Notes: generated by a model not told the origin, from the letters alone. DNA of 64,000 nt from the human T2T-CHM13v2.0 reference genome, Homo sapiens (GCF_009914755.1 NC_060942.1); one strand, 5' to 3'; counted from the first letter of the stretch, positions 45,812 to 61,503 are shown. Program-made: numbers and translations.

Positions 45812-45952
45812 TATATATATATATATATGCACATATATATATGCACATATATATATATATGCACATATATATATGCACATATATATATATGCACATATAT
45901 ATATGCATATATATATTACATATTCATACACATACACACATACATACATATA
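45776..45952. repeat. Compound (TA)n microsatellite punctuated by GCAC
   Basis: Repeated (TA)n-GCAC units; source of the YIYI/HIY ORFs. Confidence 0.95.
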
Positions 45953-46695
45953 TCAAAGTCTTAATTTAGAGACCTGAATAGCTTTTGTTGTGAGTAGTGA
46001 GTTTTTAAAATTTTACTTGTAAATTTAAATTATCTTTTAACTTTTCTTAATCTTTCACCTACCCATCAAAGAAAAAAACGTTAGCTGTGTAAACAGACAA
46101 GTAAGTGTGATATATAAAGGAGTCGCCAGGAGCTGTTAATCCAAGATAAATAGGATAAATGTGGGATAACATTTATTTTGCACATTGGCCAAAACTAGTC
46201 TTGAATTTCATTGACCCACCTGTGCTCTCTTGTTCCACTGCAGTCAGCATTGCTGCACAACTACCCATTAAAACACATGATATTTAAAAAACAAAGAATA
46301 CAGGCACTTGCTATATGACAAATGTTTGCAGCTTGTAAGATTAGTTAATTATTGTAATAGCAAGAGTCAGCAGAATGCCCCATAATTTTCAGCCCAAATG
46401 CCTTGCAGTTTATTTCTCATTCATACAAATTTAATTTTCTTATCTTCTCCAAAGAAGATTTTTAAACACTTGAATGTCATCCTTGATAGGGTTTGCCATG
46501 TTTGCTTCATTAACTGCTTTTAGTAAGGTTAGTTTTATACTGTTGTTTTCTTTCCCTCTGTGTTCTGTCAAAACCTTTTATAAAAATTCTTCAAATGTAC
46601 AGTAGTTGAATATTTTGGGACTGTCTCTGCTATATGTTTTTTATTTTTATTTTTTTCCTAAAGACACAGACATTTCAAAGTATTTGGGAAAAAGA

Positions 46696-49330
<2,635 letters not shown>

Positions 49331-49624
49331 TATATTAGAGACCTTTGGTTCAATAGCAACATTTTTGTCATACATAGACGCATACACGTGTACATATGCA
49401 GTTTTTCATTGCGTCCAAATTACTTCCAAGTTATTTAGACTCCCTCGTATGTTAGTGTAGACCCTTTGCAGTTTGGCTTTTACCTGCACTTTCAACCCTT
49501 ATCATCTTCAAAAGCCTTCAAAAAGAACCTTCTTTGTAGCTCTGTTGATTCACCGCCGCTACCTCCAGGCAACACACCTCTTCTCTTTGCATGGAATGAG
49601 TTCCCTCTTATTTCCCCAACTTTT

Positions 49625-49626
<2 letters not shown>

Positions 49627-49662
<36 letters not shown>

Positions 49663-49671
49663 AAGAGAGAG

Positions 49672-49704
<33 letters not shown>
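49627..49704. repeat. Compound (TG)n-(AG)n-(TG)n microsatellite
   Basis: Two TG runs separated by an AG run. Confidence 0.95.
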
Positions 49705-49707
<3 letters not shown>

Positions 49708-50804
49708 ATTCTGTCTATATTAATTTGGTCCTCGGGCATTTTGTCTTAATTTGAGATCTCCCACAGAATCTGAGACACTTCCTGGCACATAGTAGGCACC
49801 AAATAAACATATGTGGTTTTATATGAGTGCCGAGTACCATTTCTTTAGGAAGTTTATTTTCTCTGATAATTGCCTTTAGTAAAAATATTTAAATTGCTTC
49901 TTAAATTCTAAATTACATTATTTTTATTCACATGAAAAATAAATCTTGCCAATTTTTTTCTAGAGTGACACTTTAAAATGTGTCAGATTAAAAGCCATCA
50001 ACATCTTGGCATTTTTCACATTTGTACATGTACACATGCATGTGCACACACACACAGACACACTTGTCAGCAAGGTGTTTTGCCTTCACTTTTTCTCTGA
50101 GTAATAATGAAGTGAAGGTCTTAGAAACAGAATTTTATTACATGTAAGCAGCATTCATAATTCCTCCAAGAGAATGCCAGTATATTTGTATCAAACAAAA
50201 AGGGCACGAGTTATGGATGACTCAGTGTATATTCAGCCAAACAAAGAAATCTTCGTTGATTTTATTCCTACTGGGGATATCTCAGTATTGAACACCATTA
50301 ATAGTGTTGGCCCCAAAACAGCTCTTCACTAGGCCTCTCGACTTCTTCCTTTGATTTGATTTCCAGACCATTTCTGGAATGAAGTAGTTGCACTCTCTGG
50401 GATAAGCTACAGGTTTTCACAGCCTCTCAAAATGTGGCACCAAGAACCAAGCACACTACTCAAAATCACTTTATCTAAATCACTTTAGAATTCAGTGGAA
50501 TTTTTGCCTTCCTAGTGCTGGATGAGATGATTTTTGCTTGTCTCGTGTTAATTACATTCATCTTGAGCTTACAGTCAGCAGACACCCTCTCCTTGAATTA
50601 TTTTCTCATATAAACTGATTTTTAAGTGAAGCCTCAGGAATCCTATACAGTATAGTTAATTGCAATCCTCTTGGTAGCATTTAGCAAACTAATTAATGCA
50701 CTTTTTATTTTATTAGTAGTCTTTTTTAAAACTATAGACTATTGTTTATCTTTGTGAATAATTAAGTAAATTATTTTCTGTTTATTTCTTTTTAATTTTT
50801 GTAG

Positions 50805-50819
50805 TACTGGAGAAAATGA
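50805..50819 (+). CDS. PIK3C3: PIK3C3 terminal coding segment YWRK-stop
   Basis: ttttgtag|TAC TGG AGA AAA TGA; matches the known VPS34 C-terminus. Confidence 0.95.
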   Translation, partial: YWRK

Positions 50820-51029
50820 AACTGGGATTGACCCATCAAGATGCTTGGCTCAATAAGAAAACCACGTTAGGAGCAACCTTTGTATATTGGAGACTTCAGA
50901 GTAACCAGCAAGGAAGAGAAATCTTAATCTTCAAGTTACCATATTTTCCAAATATTACATGGTACCTGAGTTCTGCTTCCTTGGATGTCATTGCTTAAAT
51001 ATAGTCTTGAAGGGCTTGTTTTGAAATAT

Positions 51030-51100
51030 TGTATATATTTTTTCAAATGTATACATTGTTAATAAATTAAGAAATGAGAAACATTCTTATTTATGTACAT
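51030..51100 (+). terminator. Proximal polyadenylation site of PIK3C3
   Basis: AATAAA at 51061-51066; upstream TGTA (CFIm-type) at 51030 and 51048, the first also a TGTATATA Pumilio-type element; T/GT-rich sequence downstream. Confidence 0.7.
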
Positions 51101-54100
51101 GTTATGAGAGTTCTGGAGGAAGTAATATGTTGAAATAGTAAAACATTTTAGTTTTTGAGTTTAAAATGTTATTTTTTCCTCTTATATCTTCATATCAGGA
51201 CAGCAGTAACCTGAATTTAGATTGTCACAGTTTACAAGTTTTTGTTTGTTCCTTCTTTCCTCTCTCTTCTCCCACTCACTTTTGTGTGTTGTTTGTTTTT
51301 GCCTAATTTACATGTTTAAAGTTCTACTTAAAATTTTTCTTCAAGTTTTACATGTGATGGCTCATTCTTCTGCAGTTCAAGAATTGCTTATATTTTTAGA
51401 AGATACTCATTTTCTCTTACAAATAATTAATTTTTTGTAAACTACAGTTAATAGTTCTTCTAGCTTGTAAGTGTGTAAAGTAGAATATGAAAATGTGGCT
51501 ATTTAGATAACTGGCCAAAAGGTCATATGACCACCAGTTTTAGTATTGAGCATAAGATATTTTTACATATTCATGTAAGACAATGTAAATTGTCTTTCTG
51601 CAATAAATTTTTTGGATGCAAATTTAGATTTCAAAAGCTTTTTGATGTTATAAAGGAGTTGAGGAACAAAAAGCTCTTTGAAATAGCTCACCCTAGACCT
51701 GTTAATGTAATATATTCTTTCTGAATTAAGCAAAATTTTTTTTGTCTTTTAAGACTAGAACTAATCCCTCTAGCTTTTTTACTGGAACTTTGGGGAAAAA
51801 GAACAAATACAAATATACAAATGATATGAACAATATGGTAATAATCTTTTGCAACTTAATATGTTACATAGTCATATGACTTGGTCTTGGAAGAAAAAGA
51901 ATTGTTTTGGTGCTGAATAAATATTAGAAATCAAGTGACAGAGAAGATGAAGGTAAAATTGTGGCACAGTTTCAGAGAATGCCGTTAATGATAACGTGTT
52001 ATTTGTCTCAAATTCTTAGCCCTGGGCTTGCCTCTTCAGAGTGGGGTTACCGGCGAGAGGGCAAGCATGTAATTAAGAGACACTCTAGAGGCATATGGAA
52101 TATAGTTTGTATAAAACATACCTGCTGATTAGAAAAATGGTAAAAATGAAAATACCTTTGTACATCATCTTAAGAGAGCTTATATATAAACTAAATGGGC
52201 AGGCTCCATCGTCTACCTTTCTTTTTCTTTTCTTCGCATGTTTATGTCTTTTTTGTTATTAGTCAGACATTTTTAGCCCTCTGTATGCTCATTCTTGTAG
52301 TTCTATTTCTATTGAAACTTCCTCCAAAACTTTTCTCTGAATTACCCTTGTTGAAACTGACCTTTCTTCCGTGTGAACTCCTACACTTGCATCTCCTATT
52401 TCAGGATTTGGCATACTTTTTCTTTAATGGGCTAAGAAAGTAAATATCTTCAGCTTTGGGGGGCATATGATCCCAATAGCATCAACTTAACTCTGCTAAC
52501 TGGAAGGCAAAAGTGTATCATCTTACTCGTCTTTATAAACTCCACAGCACTCTGCATAGATATGACCATGTTTATAAGGAACTCAATAAATAATTTTGAC
52601 ACAAACATGAAATTCTAGAAGGGCAGACACTGACAACTAGTAAGGAAGTTGATCATGAGTAACTTTGTATTCAGTGCCACCTTAACAAGAATTGTAAAGA
52701 GGATAAACCTTTCTAGGAAGGTTGATGCGTGTTGGGTGAGGAAGGAGCATCTCTCAGGAGGGTAAACAGTAGCTGTGGTTTTGCTGAGAGATTTTGGCTG
52801 TGAGTGACAAGCCTATATCAAAAAGAAAAGTGGCTTATCAATCTCAGTTTTTATTGCTCAAAGCAATTCTTTACTCCTATTTTTTCCAAATTCCATTGTT
52901 TTTACTCTTTAGAGCTCTATCCTCAGAGTGTAGTCTGCATATTTCTTTATTATCATTGCCATGTGACTTCTTTGGTGACAAGTTCAGTGATATTTCAAGC
53001 ATGATGTTTTGAGTTTGAGAAATGTATTTGTGAGGACACATCACTTTAATTAAAAAAGTGTGAGTACTATGGTCATTAAGTTATTCAGAGTGAGATTTCT
53101 GAGAGGAGAAGAGAGAATGTAGATGGCAGTTATTGAGAGTGGGGCTATAGGACAAAAAGAAGAAAAGTATGGTTAACATTGCCAAATAAAGGGTCATACA
53201 GCCTTGCTTTTTGCTGGAGTTAGCAAAAATCATTCTCCATATGATAGTTTTAGATGTTCCCCAGCTCATTTGTATTATTGAGTTTTCAGCTGGGTATATA
53301 TTATAATAACAGTCAACATGATGTAGGGGCTCAGTATTACATGGCAGGGCTATACTAATTGCTTCATATGCCTTATCTCATTATTCTGTGAGATAGAATT
53401 GTCTCCTCATTTTTTAGTTGAAATAACTGAAGTTTAAAGCAATTGAATCATCTGCCCAAGGATAAGCTGCTGGTGAGAGCAGAGTTGGGATTTGAAGTCG
53501 AGTTAGACCCCAGTGATCACAGTCTTGACGATTAAATTCTTCCAGCTTTCATTTTTCACTGAGATAATGGTAGTGATAGTACTGACCTCTAATGTGTGCA
53601 TTTGTGGGTATGTGGTCCATTCAGCTTTAATCCCCAGAAGACAAGGCTTATTCCTTTTCTTATTTTTGGTCATGTTTTATTTTTCCATTGCTTTTAACAG
53701 GATTACCAAAGGCACACTCAGTAGTCAGTAAACACATTTCTAGGAAAGGTGTTGTGTCATCATGCCACATATTCATACTTTCCTTGGGTTGGAAAATAGA
53801 TCATTCAGTAAAAACATACAGGTAAAATGAATCTTGCCAATGCAATTGTTAACCTACAACCATAATATACCTTAAGTATATTTTTGCACATAAGTATAAC
53901 ATTGCGATTTAAAACAATAAACCAGATTGAGATTCTAAGGAGCATTTTGTAAGTAATTACTAATGTTTATTTTAGAGAGATCACACAACTTCAAATAAAA
54001 ACTGACATAGATTGAACACCTTGAGAATAAACTTTAGTGCCAAATGGAAAATAATTTTTTACAAGTAAATTTGAAGAACAATGTGAACTTTCTATAATTA

Positions 54101-55483
54101 TATACAGAAAATATACTGATTTGCCAAAATGAGTAATTTTGATATATTAATATTTCACTTATAAGAATGCATACCACCTGATCCAGGATGGGATCCAGGA
54201 ACAGAAAAAGAACATTAGGTAAAAATGACAGAAATCTGAATATAGTATAGAGTAGCTAAAAACAAACCAAAAAAAAAAAAAAAAAAAGGAAAAACAGAAT
54301 AAGCCTCAGAAGATAGTGAGCATCCCACCTGGGTGACCACTTAGAGAAGCTGAGGTGGGACCCCTGCATCCGATAAGTGGCTGCACTAGACCACAGGAAC
54401 CAGACTCCACTGTAAGAACTAGAGTGGGAATGGACATGTCAAAACCTCCTGGGAACCTTATTAAATGTGCACATTCCCAATCCCCACTCCTGAGCAGCCA
54501 AATCAATCTGCAGGTGGGCCTTGTGAGTTTTCCCAGGGGATTCCGATGCCTGCTAGATTTAACCAGTAGATGAGATGTTAAGTTATCCTGTAGTCCAGAG
54601 ATTCCACAGGCCAGTGTCAGGGAACAGGGGCCAGGGCTGGGAAGGCATAAGAACAGAAGATAAATTTGAGGCTCTGTTACGCTGGTCATCCAACCCAACC
54701 AGGTATCTCTTGTTATATGCTAACTTCATTTTCCCTTTCTTGTCCATAGTGGGAAAAAATAATTTTTAACTGGCTATGTAGTTAAAAAACCTAACAAAAA
54801 GCACTTTTCTATATAATGAGTGGTTTATATTAAGAATAGGTACAATGTAAATACTGGTAAGTGAAAGTTCATTTTGTTCAGTGCTATGGGCTGGTACATT
54901 GCATTTCAACACTAGTTTTTTACTTTTATCTACCCTGAGGGTAGATAACCCATATTCCAAAATACAGTATTATTTTCATTTGCTGTAACATTTTAAGAAA
55001 TATGTAGTTTCTAAAACTTCATATACTTTATATGGAATATGAACAACTTTAATATGAATAAATAGTCTAGAAAAAAATTTAGGAAAAATTGCCATGAAAT
55101 CATGAGCTAAGTCAATGGTTATTTTAAACCACTTAATTTTGAGACTAGTATTTCATACATAAAAAGCTAATACTGATATCACACACTAATTATGTATAAA
55201 ACACTAGGAATGTCAAAATAGAACATAAGAAAATGAGTCTAGTGGACCCACTGCATAGTGTAACTTTGGGATGAATTTAAAAGAATATTTAAGTCACAGT
55301 CAATTTTCTGTTGGTCTAATTTTACCAAATAACCCCCTAAATAAGAAGTCTGATTTATCTAAAATAGAAGTTAACATAGCATCCCAGTATTGCCATTCTA
55401 AAACTCTGGCATGTAAATGGGAGAAATGGAAATAAGCTCAAAATGGGTAGAGTAACCCATTTCTGCATGAACCATAGAATTTA

Positions 55484-55811
<328 letters not shown>

Positions 55812-56047
55812 GAATTTCACTAGAATTTATATCTTCAGTGTTTGCATTAGATTGTCACCAGCACTATCTGCCTTGTGACTGTCAGGACTAATCCTTATAT
55901 CATTTATCTTATGTCCTTTACCTCAGTTTATGTCTGTCACCACAAGAAACCCAGACCTCCCTAATCATACCATATGCCCTGGTCTTACCCACATACAGCT
56001 CGGTACAACTGCATTTCCCCAAACCTCAGAACTCCTTGGGCCATCAC

Positions 56048-56649
56048 TGTCAGAGACATTTGAACTAGAGCAACTCCATCTTGAGTAGGGACTGGGTATA
56101 ATGAAGCTGAGACCCACTGGGCTGCATTCCCAGGAAGTTAGGCATTCTTAGTCACAGGATGAGATAGGAGATTGGCTCAAGATAAGGTCACAAAGACCTT
56201 GCTGATAAAACAGTCTGTGGTAAAGAAGCCAGCCAAAACCCACCAAAACCAAGACGGGAATGAAAGTGACCTCCGGTCATCCTCACTGCTCATTATACGC
56301 TAGTTATAATGCATTGACATGCTAAGAGACACTCCCACCAGCACCATGACAGTTTACAAATGCCATAACAACATCAGGAAGTTACCCTATATGGTCTAAA
56401 AAGGGGAGGAACCCTCAGTTCTGAGAATTTCCTTGAAAATTCATGAATAATCCACCCCTTGTTTAGCATATGATCAAGAAATAATCATTAAAAAATAGCC
56501 AACCAGCAGCTCATGCTGCTGGTCTGCCTATGGAGTAGCCATCCTTTCTTTATTAACCTGCTTTCACTTTATGGACTCCCCTGAATTCTTCTGCAGGAGA
56601 TCCAAGAACCCTCTCTTGGAGTCTTAACCAGGATCCCTTTCCAGTAACT
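56048..56649 (+). mobile_element. MER41 (MER41B-like) ERV1 solo LTR
   Basis: tgtcagag...gagcaactccatcttga...ctgggctgcattcccag; 4-bp TSD tcac/tcag. Confidence 0.9.
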
Positions 56650-56768
56650 TCAGCAGGATCTGTGAGTGCCAGTTTCCTTCTGTGGTGCAAAACTAGGTGC
56701 TAAGTACACTTTTTCCCCCCTTTCCTCTATTTTTAAAAGAACTTTCAGCCCTTTTGAAGTGGGTACAT

Positions 56769-57357
56769 TGTCTGGAGTACATACCCTGGGGTTCATTGTT
56801 ATAGGAGAATTTAGGACACAGACACACGAGGAGTTTAGGAGCAGAGGTTTAATAGGTAGAAGAGAAGGGAAAGAGAAACAGCTTCCTCTATAGATGTCTG
56901 CACTGACACCGTGGCTTTAAGGCATGGCCCATGATGTGTCTCCGAGTGGAAAAGACTGGTTGGTGGTGAATGCGCCAAATTTTATAGTCCGGTTTGAGGA
57001 GGTGGTTTCTGATTGGTTGCATCATGTATGACGTTTGCAAAGTGCATGTGGAAGGCTGGTCGCCCCACCCTAATCTTATGCAAATGGGCTTTCCAGTTGA
57101 TTGGGTCCATCTTGTGTAACACGTGGCTGGCAGAGAAGGGAAGATGAAGCCACCATCTTGAAAATGTCTAGTCCTTAGTTTCTGCTGGCATTCACCCATG
57201 CAAGCTGCCAGCTTGTCTATGTCTGCAGCTCAACTTTACAGGCTGCTCTTTGTTAGCAAATGATTTGGAGCTTCTTTTCATTAAAGAAAAAAGCCTTACC
57301 GAGGACTCCCATACCCTTGCTTTCTGCTTAAGTGATTTCTTCTTAACTCCTATGTCA
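56769..57357 (-). mobile_element. ERV1 solo LTR (MER61-like)
   Basis: Minus-strand start tgacataggagttaagaagaaatcactta.gcaga; TG..CA ends. Confidence 0.75.
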
Positions 57358-57485
57358 ATTTTATACAGCATGAAATAATGATGTATCTATAAATGAGCCT
57401 TTGCAAGATTACCATTTATCAAAGAAAACCAGTGATGTTTAGTTAACTGTTTGTAAAAATAAATGGTTAGTAGAATGTCTAATTC

Positions 57486-57491
57486 AATAAA
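57486..57491 (+). terminator. Candidate distal poly(A) signal for a long (~6.7 kb) terminal exon
   Basis: AATAAA at 57486 (another near 57458) with T-rich downstream sequence; fits my unverified recollection of a long PIK3C3 3' UTR. Confidence 0.4.
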
Positions 57492-57599
57492 TGTTTCATA
57501 AATGAGTAAATGAATGTTTTAATTTCAATAAGATTGATTCTTGATCAAACGTTCCCTTTTAAATCTAATTTTAAAAATCTGAGTTTGATTTTTTTAAAA

Positions 57600-57821
57600 A
57601 AGGTTAATATAACGTAGCATACAATACTGCAATTTCACTCCAGGTTATCTACCAAGAGAAATGAAAATATGCCCACATGAAGAGTTGCACACAAATGTTC
57701 TAAGCGTGATTCATAATAGCCAAAAAAAAGCGGAACAACTCCTGTGTCCATCAATTGGTGAAAGGCTAAAAATGATGTGATTTAGTCACACAATGGGATA
57801 CTGTTCAGCATAAAAAGGGAA
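57600..57821 (+). mobile_element. Old L1 (L1M) fragment
   Basis: gcaatttcactcc.ggt...ccaagagaaatgaaaa; tgtccatcaattggtgaa. Confidence 0.75.
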
Positions 57822-60410
57822 CTCCACCTCCTCCCACTGCAACTGGAATAGCTGGTTCTGTGGAGGCTTCCACCCTGGCTGCAGCTTCCTCCTCACCTCC
57901 TCTTGGTCTTCACCTCAGATCCCCCTCGTCCACCTTCACCCATGCTGTGGTCACCAGCCCTGTGGCAACCTCCAAGCCTGGACATTTGCCTTCCCCTCTG
58001 GCACTGCTTTCCAGAGTCAGTTTTCCTCACATCTCTGCACTGACACCGTGCATACCTCCAGGCTTTAAGGCATGGCCCATGATGACCCTGAGGACCAGTA
58101 CAGCCCAGGCTACTGCCCGGGAACACAAGTAGCCCAAAAAGCAATGGACTAGCCTGAGGCCCCGGGTGCTTGCTGGGCCACAGACACCCATAGACACTGA
58201 GTTCATCAACAGTTGGCCTGACTGCACCAGAACAAATCAAGTTTGCTAAGAAGACTCATGATCTTGAAAGAAACTGGGTGCCTTATTTAAGCCTCTGCAA
58301 TGATTTGAGATGAAAATGACCAATTCAGAAAACTGTTGTGATAGTCTTATCGAGCAAAGGGGGCTTGCTGCCTGATGCATTAAAAGCAATACTGTGACAC
58401 CAGGTTTTTGAGAAATGGAAAGCTTTATTTGAAGTCAACACCCAAGGAGACAGGAGTCAAGCTCAAATCTGTCTCCCTGTGCAGGCTTTAAGGTAGTAAT
58501 TTTATTACAAAAGGTTTAGAGGATGGATACTGGCATTAGCAGGTGATTGGTGGTAGGGAAGAGGAGGCCTGCAAAGTCCTTGGGCATGTGCAGTTATCTC
58601 TTCATGGGTCCCATGTGCAAATTCAGGAAGAGTTAGTATAAACCATGTGGTGGAAATTTAGGCTGTGACATTAGCAAGCTTGTTCTGTACAAACTTTAGT
58701 TGGACATCCTGGTTCCAACTGATTTCAACCAGTTCTTTCGTCGCCTAAGCAAGGAAGTTTCTGTGTTTCAGCAAGTGGTTTCTTTTTCTATCTGCCATTC
58801 TACAAACTCAAAAATTTCTGTTAGTCATTGGTCTGTTTAACTCTTCGGGGTATTGTTTCAATTGACAAATAAAGCATGAGGCAAACATCAAGCAAGCAAA
58901 ATTTAAAGAAGAAAAAGGCTGGAGTAAAGGAAGATCCCAAAGAAATAACTGGGGCAAAGCTGAAGAAAAAGAGTTTAAAGGAATTTCTGATGAGGAGGCT
59001 AAAGAAAATATCAATACTAAAGGAATTTCTGGATTTTAATTCACTGTTTTAAAGAATATTGTTTTGGTTTTGTGATGAAGAAGCATTGATGAATTTGTTC
59101 TAAAACATTTGAAAGATGTTGAACTAAAATTCTCAGTTCCTGGCAAGCCCCTGAAGTTATACATTTGAATTTCACTTTAAGCCCAGTGAATATTTTAAAA
59201 ACAACGCACTAACAAAGACATATAAAGTCTTGACTGGAATTTATAGCAAATGCTTACCTTTCTCAGGGAGTTGAAATTCAAAGCTGCATAGGATGTCAAG
59301 TAGATTGGAACAAAGGAAAAAAACTATCACAGTGAAAACCATTCAGGAGAAAAGCGGTGTAAATGGGAAAAAACAAAATTACTTAAGTAGTTGCAGTGAC
59401 TCGTTCTTTAATTTGTTAGTCCTCCTGTAGTTCCTGAACAAGAATACCTGGATGAAAAAGAAGAAGTTATGCTTGCTTAGGACTTTAAAATAAATCAGAT
59501 TATACATGATGATGTAATCACCAAATCAGTATCTTACCTTACAGGAAGAGTTTCTCATGTTTCTGAAGAGGATCCTGATAATATGACAGGACACTTGATG
59601 AGGATGAGGAGGATACATTTGCAAAAATTACTAAAAATATGAGGAATATCTGACTAGAAGTATGTGAACTGTAAACTATAACGTGTAACCTTGGTTATTA
59701 TAACAATTTAAAGCCAACAGCATTTACAGTCTTAATGTATATAATTTTCTTAGTGGAGATAGTTTTAGAGAATACGCCAAGGAAGTTTTTAAGTATGAAT
59801 TAATTATCCTTGGCTTTTATTAGTATCAGTTTCTGCAAGATGTGGAGAATGAAGTAAATTCCATAAAGCAGATTAATTTGTTCTGACATATTTACTTTTG
59901 TGAAGTCTTTTTGACAAGTACTTCTTGGACTACAACTCCAAACGTTATTTGAACTATTAACAGATATATATTTACATATATATTTTGTTTTGGCTCAGTT
60001 GAAAGTTTATTCTGCTAGAGCTAGAGGTATTTTCTTTATTCTGCTGAAGCAATGCAGTGACTTATTAAACTATAAGGTAGTTTGCTTTTTAAATGTTCTA
60101 AATCAATTTCTAGTCCATATTTAAGAATTTCTATTAAAGTGACAGTTAATGTCAATTACTGCTTTATTATGGTTTTTTTTAATGACAGAAATCTATAATT
60201 ATACTGTCATTGTGAGGTATTTACCATTATAGTGTTAATATAATGTTCTTAAATGTTTGTGTATTGGTATGTGAGGTGAATAAGCACATTTTTTTGGGGG
60301 CGGAGCGCATCTTATATTTCATTGAAATGTTCATTTTATATTTTTAAATACTATTCAGCAAGATTTGTTCACGTTCTTTTGTTACTTGGAAATGTCAAAA
60401 ATAAAAAAAG
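57822..60410 (+). pseudogene. Processed pseudogene of the NAP1L (nucleosome assembly protein 1-like) family
   Basis: Intronless, frame-broken blocks HDLER, KGISGF*FTVLKN (stop 59037-59039), DEFVLKHLKDVELKFS, SYTFEFHFKPSEYFKNNALTKTY, CIGCQVDWNKGK, DSFFN..SPP, DFKINQIIHDDVITKSVSYLTG; acidic tail; 3' UTR ending in AATAAA/A-rich run near 60400. Confidence 0.88.
58334..58860 (-). mobile_element. ERV1 MER4-group solo LTR (MER31/MER67-like) interrupting the pseudogene
   Basis: TG..CA ends; gctcaaatctgtctccctg; NAP1L homology on both sides. Confidence 0.75.
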
Positions 60411-61503
60411 AACAGAAGAAATAATATTTCTGTGAGAGAAGATACATTATAATAGTTAAATAGAGAACTTTTAGCTTGGCAAACTAGGGATATTAATAGC
60501 ATGTGTAATTAAAATTTGAGAGATTTTTTACACTGCTGTTCCACAAACATTTTGCTTGAGTAGATATAACATTTTGCTTTCTTTTAGATGCCCAAATAAT
60601 AGGGATATGATCAAAAAATAAGAACGTGGTAAGAACACACAAACTGAATAAACAGCTGAACATATTAATAAGAGAAAATGTTTGTTAGCTTCAGAAAGGA
60701 ATTAATATGAAATAAGAGAAAGGTAACATAGTCTGTCTCTTTATCATCGTTTAGAGATTATACTTTCTGACAGGAAGTTGCTGCCAAGACAATATTAGAA
60801 ATTATTATTGTTTTCATAAAAACAATTCAAAGATGAATTAGTAATAAATATGTCAATAATAAATGAGTAACTTATTAATAACCAATTTTGTTATGAATGA
60901 GGCTGGGGAACTATTAGATTAAAGCCAGCAAACTATACGATTGTATTCAGAATGGATAGAGAAGTTTGCATAAAGGCCTGAGATCCAATAATATTTGAGT
61001 CCTACAGTATTTTCAGGAACTATATACAAAGGGGACATTAGCATAATGGAAATGAAAATATCACTAGTGCCCTATATGCCAGTGTTTAACTCTGTTTTTA
61101 AAAGGGTGAAAAAGCTAAATTGTAAACACTAGGTTTGAGGACTAAAACCATTTTCCTCTTAGTTCTAAACCTCTGCATCTTGCCCTTCTTGCTGGCTATA
61201 TGGAGGAAAGAACTGGAAGGGAGTTTGCTTGGAGTGGATGGATAAAGAAACATGAAGATAGAAGCTGTATCAGCCCTTGATTAGCTTATCCACCCATTTC
61301 ATCCTTGGAGATGATGGTGTGGGAAAGAGTGTTGTCTGTACATTAGGTTCGTATGACTGCTGTAGAAATTTACCACCAATTTAGTGGTAAATGTACCACC
61401 AACTTATCTTACAGTCTGGAGGTCAGAAGTCCAAAATGGGTCTCACTGGACTAAAATCAAGATGTCAACAAGGCTGCATTCCTTTCCTTTCTTTTCTTTT
61501 TTT

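Noticed and set aside
45713-45977. Overlapping YIYI/HIY-rich ORFs in several frames
   Set aside because: Artefact of a stop-free (TA)n microsatellite.
52048-52065. CTCF-like ccggcgagagggca
   Set aside because: Poor register against the core motif.
54255-54295. A-rich run as a transcript end or retrocopy tail
   Set aside because: Genomic A tract next to an L1-like fragment; more likely an oligo-dT internal-priming site.
54306-54698. 130-aa minus-strand ORF
   Set aside because: No recognisable domain; overlaps MER5-like sequence; probably due to local GC content.
57195-57230. p53 response element expected in a MER61-type LTR
   Set aside because: Only mismatched half-sites are visible (agacaagctg, agacatagac on the minus strand).
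57860-58240. Overlapping 90-115 aa ORFs
   Set aside because: They lie in the GC-rich pseudogene leader; no independent coding evidence.
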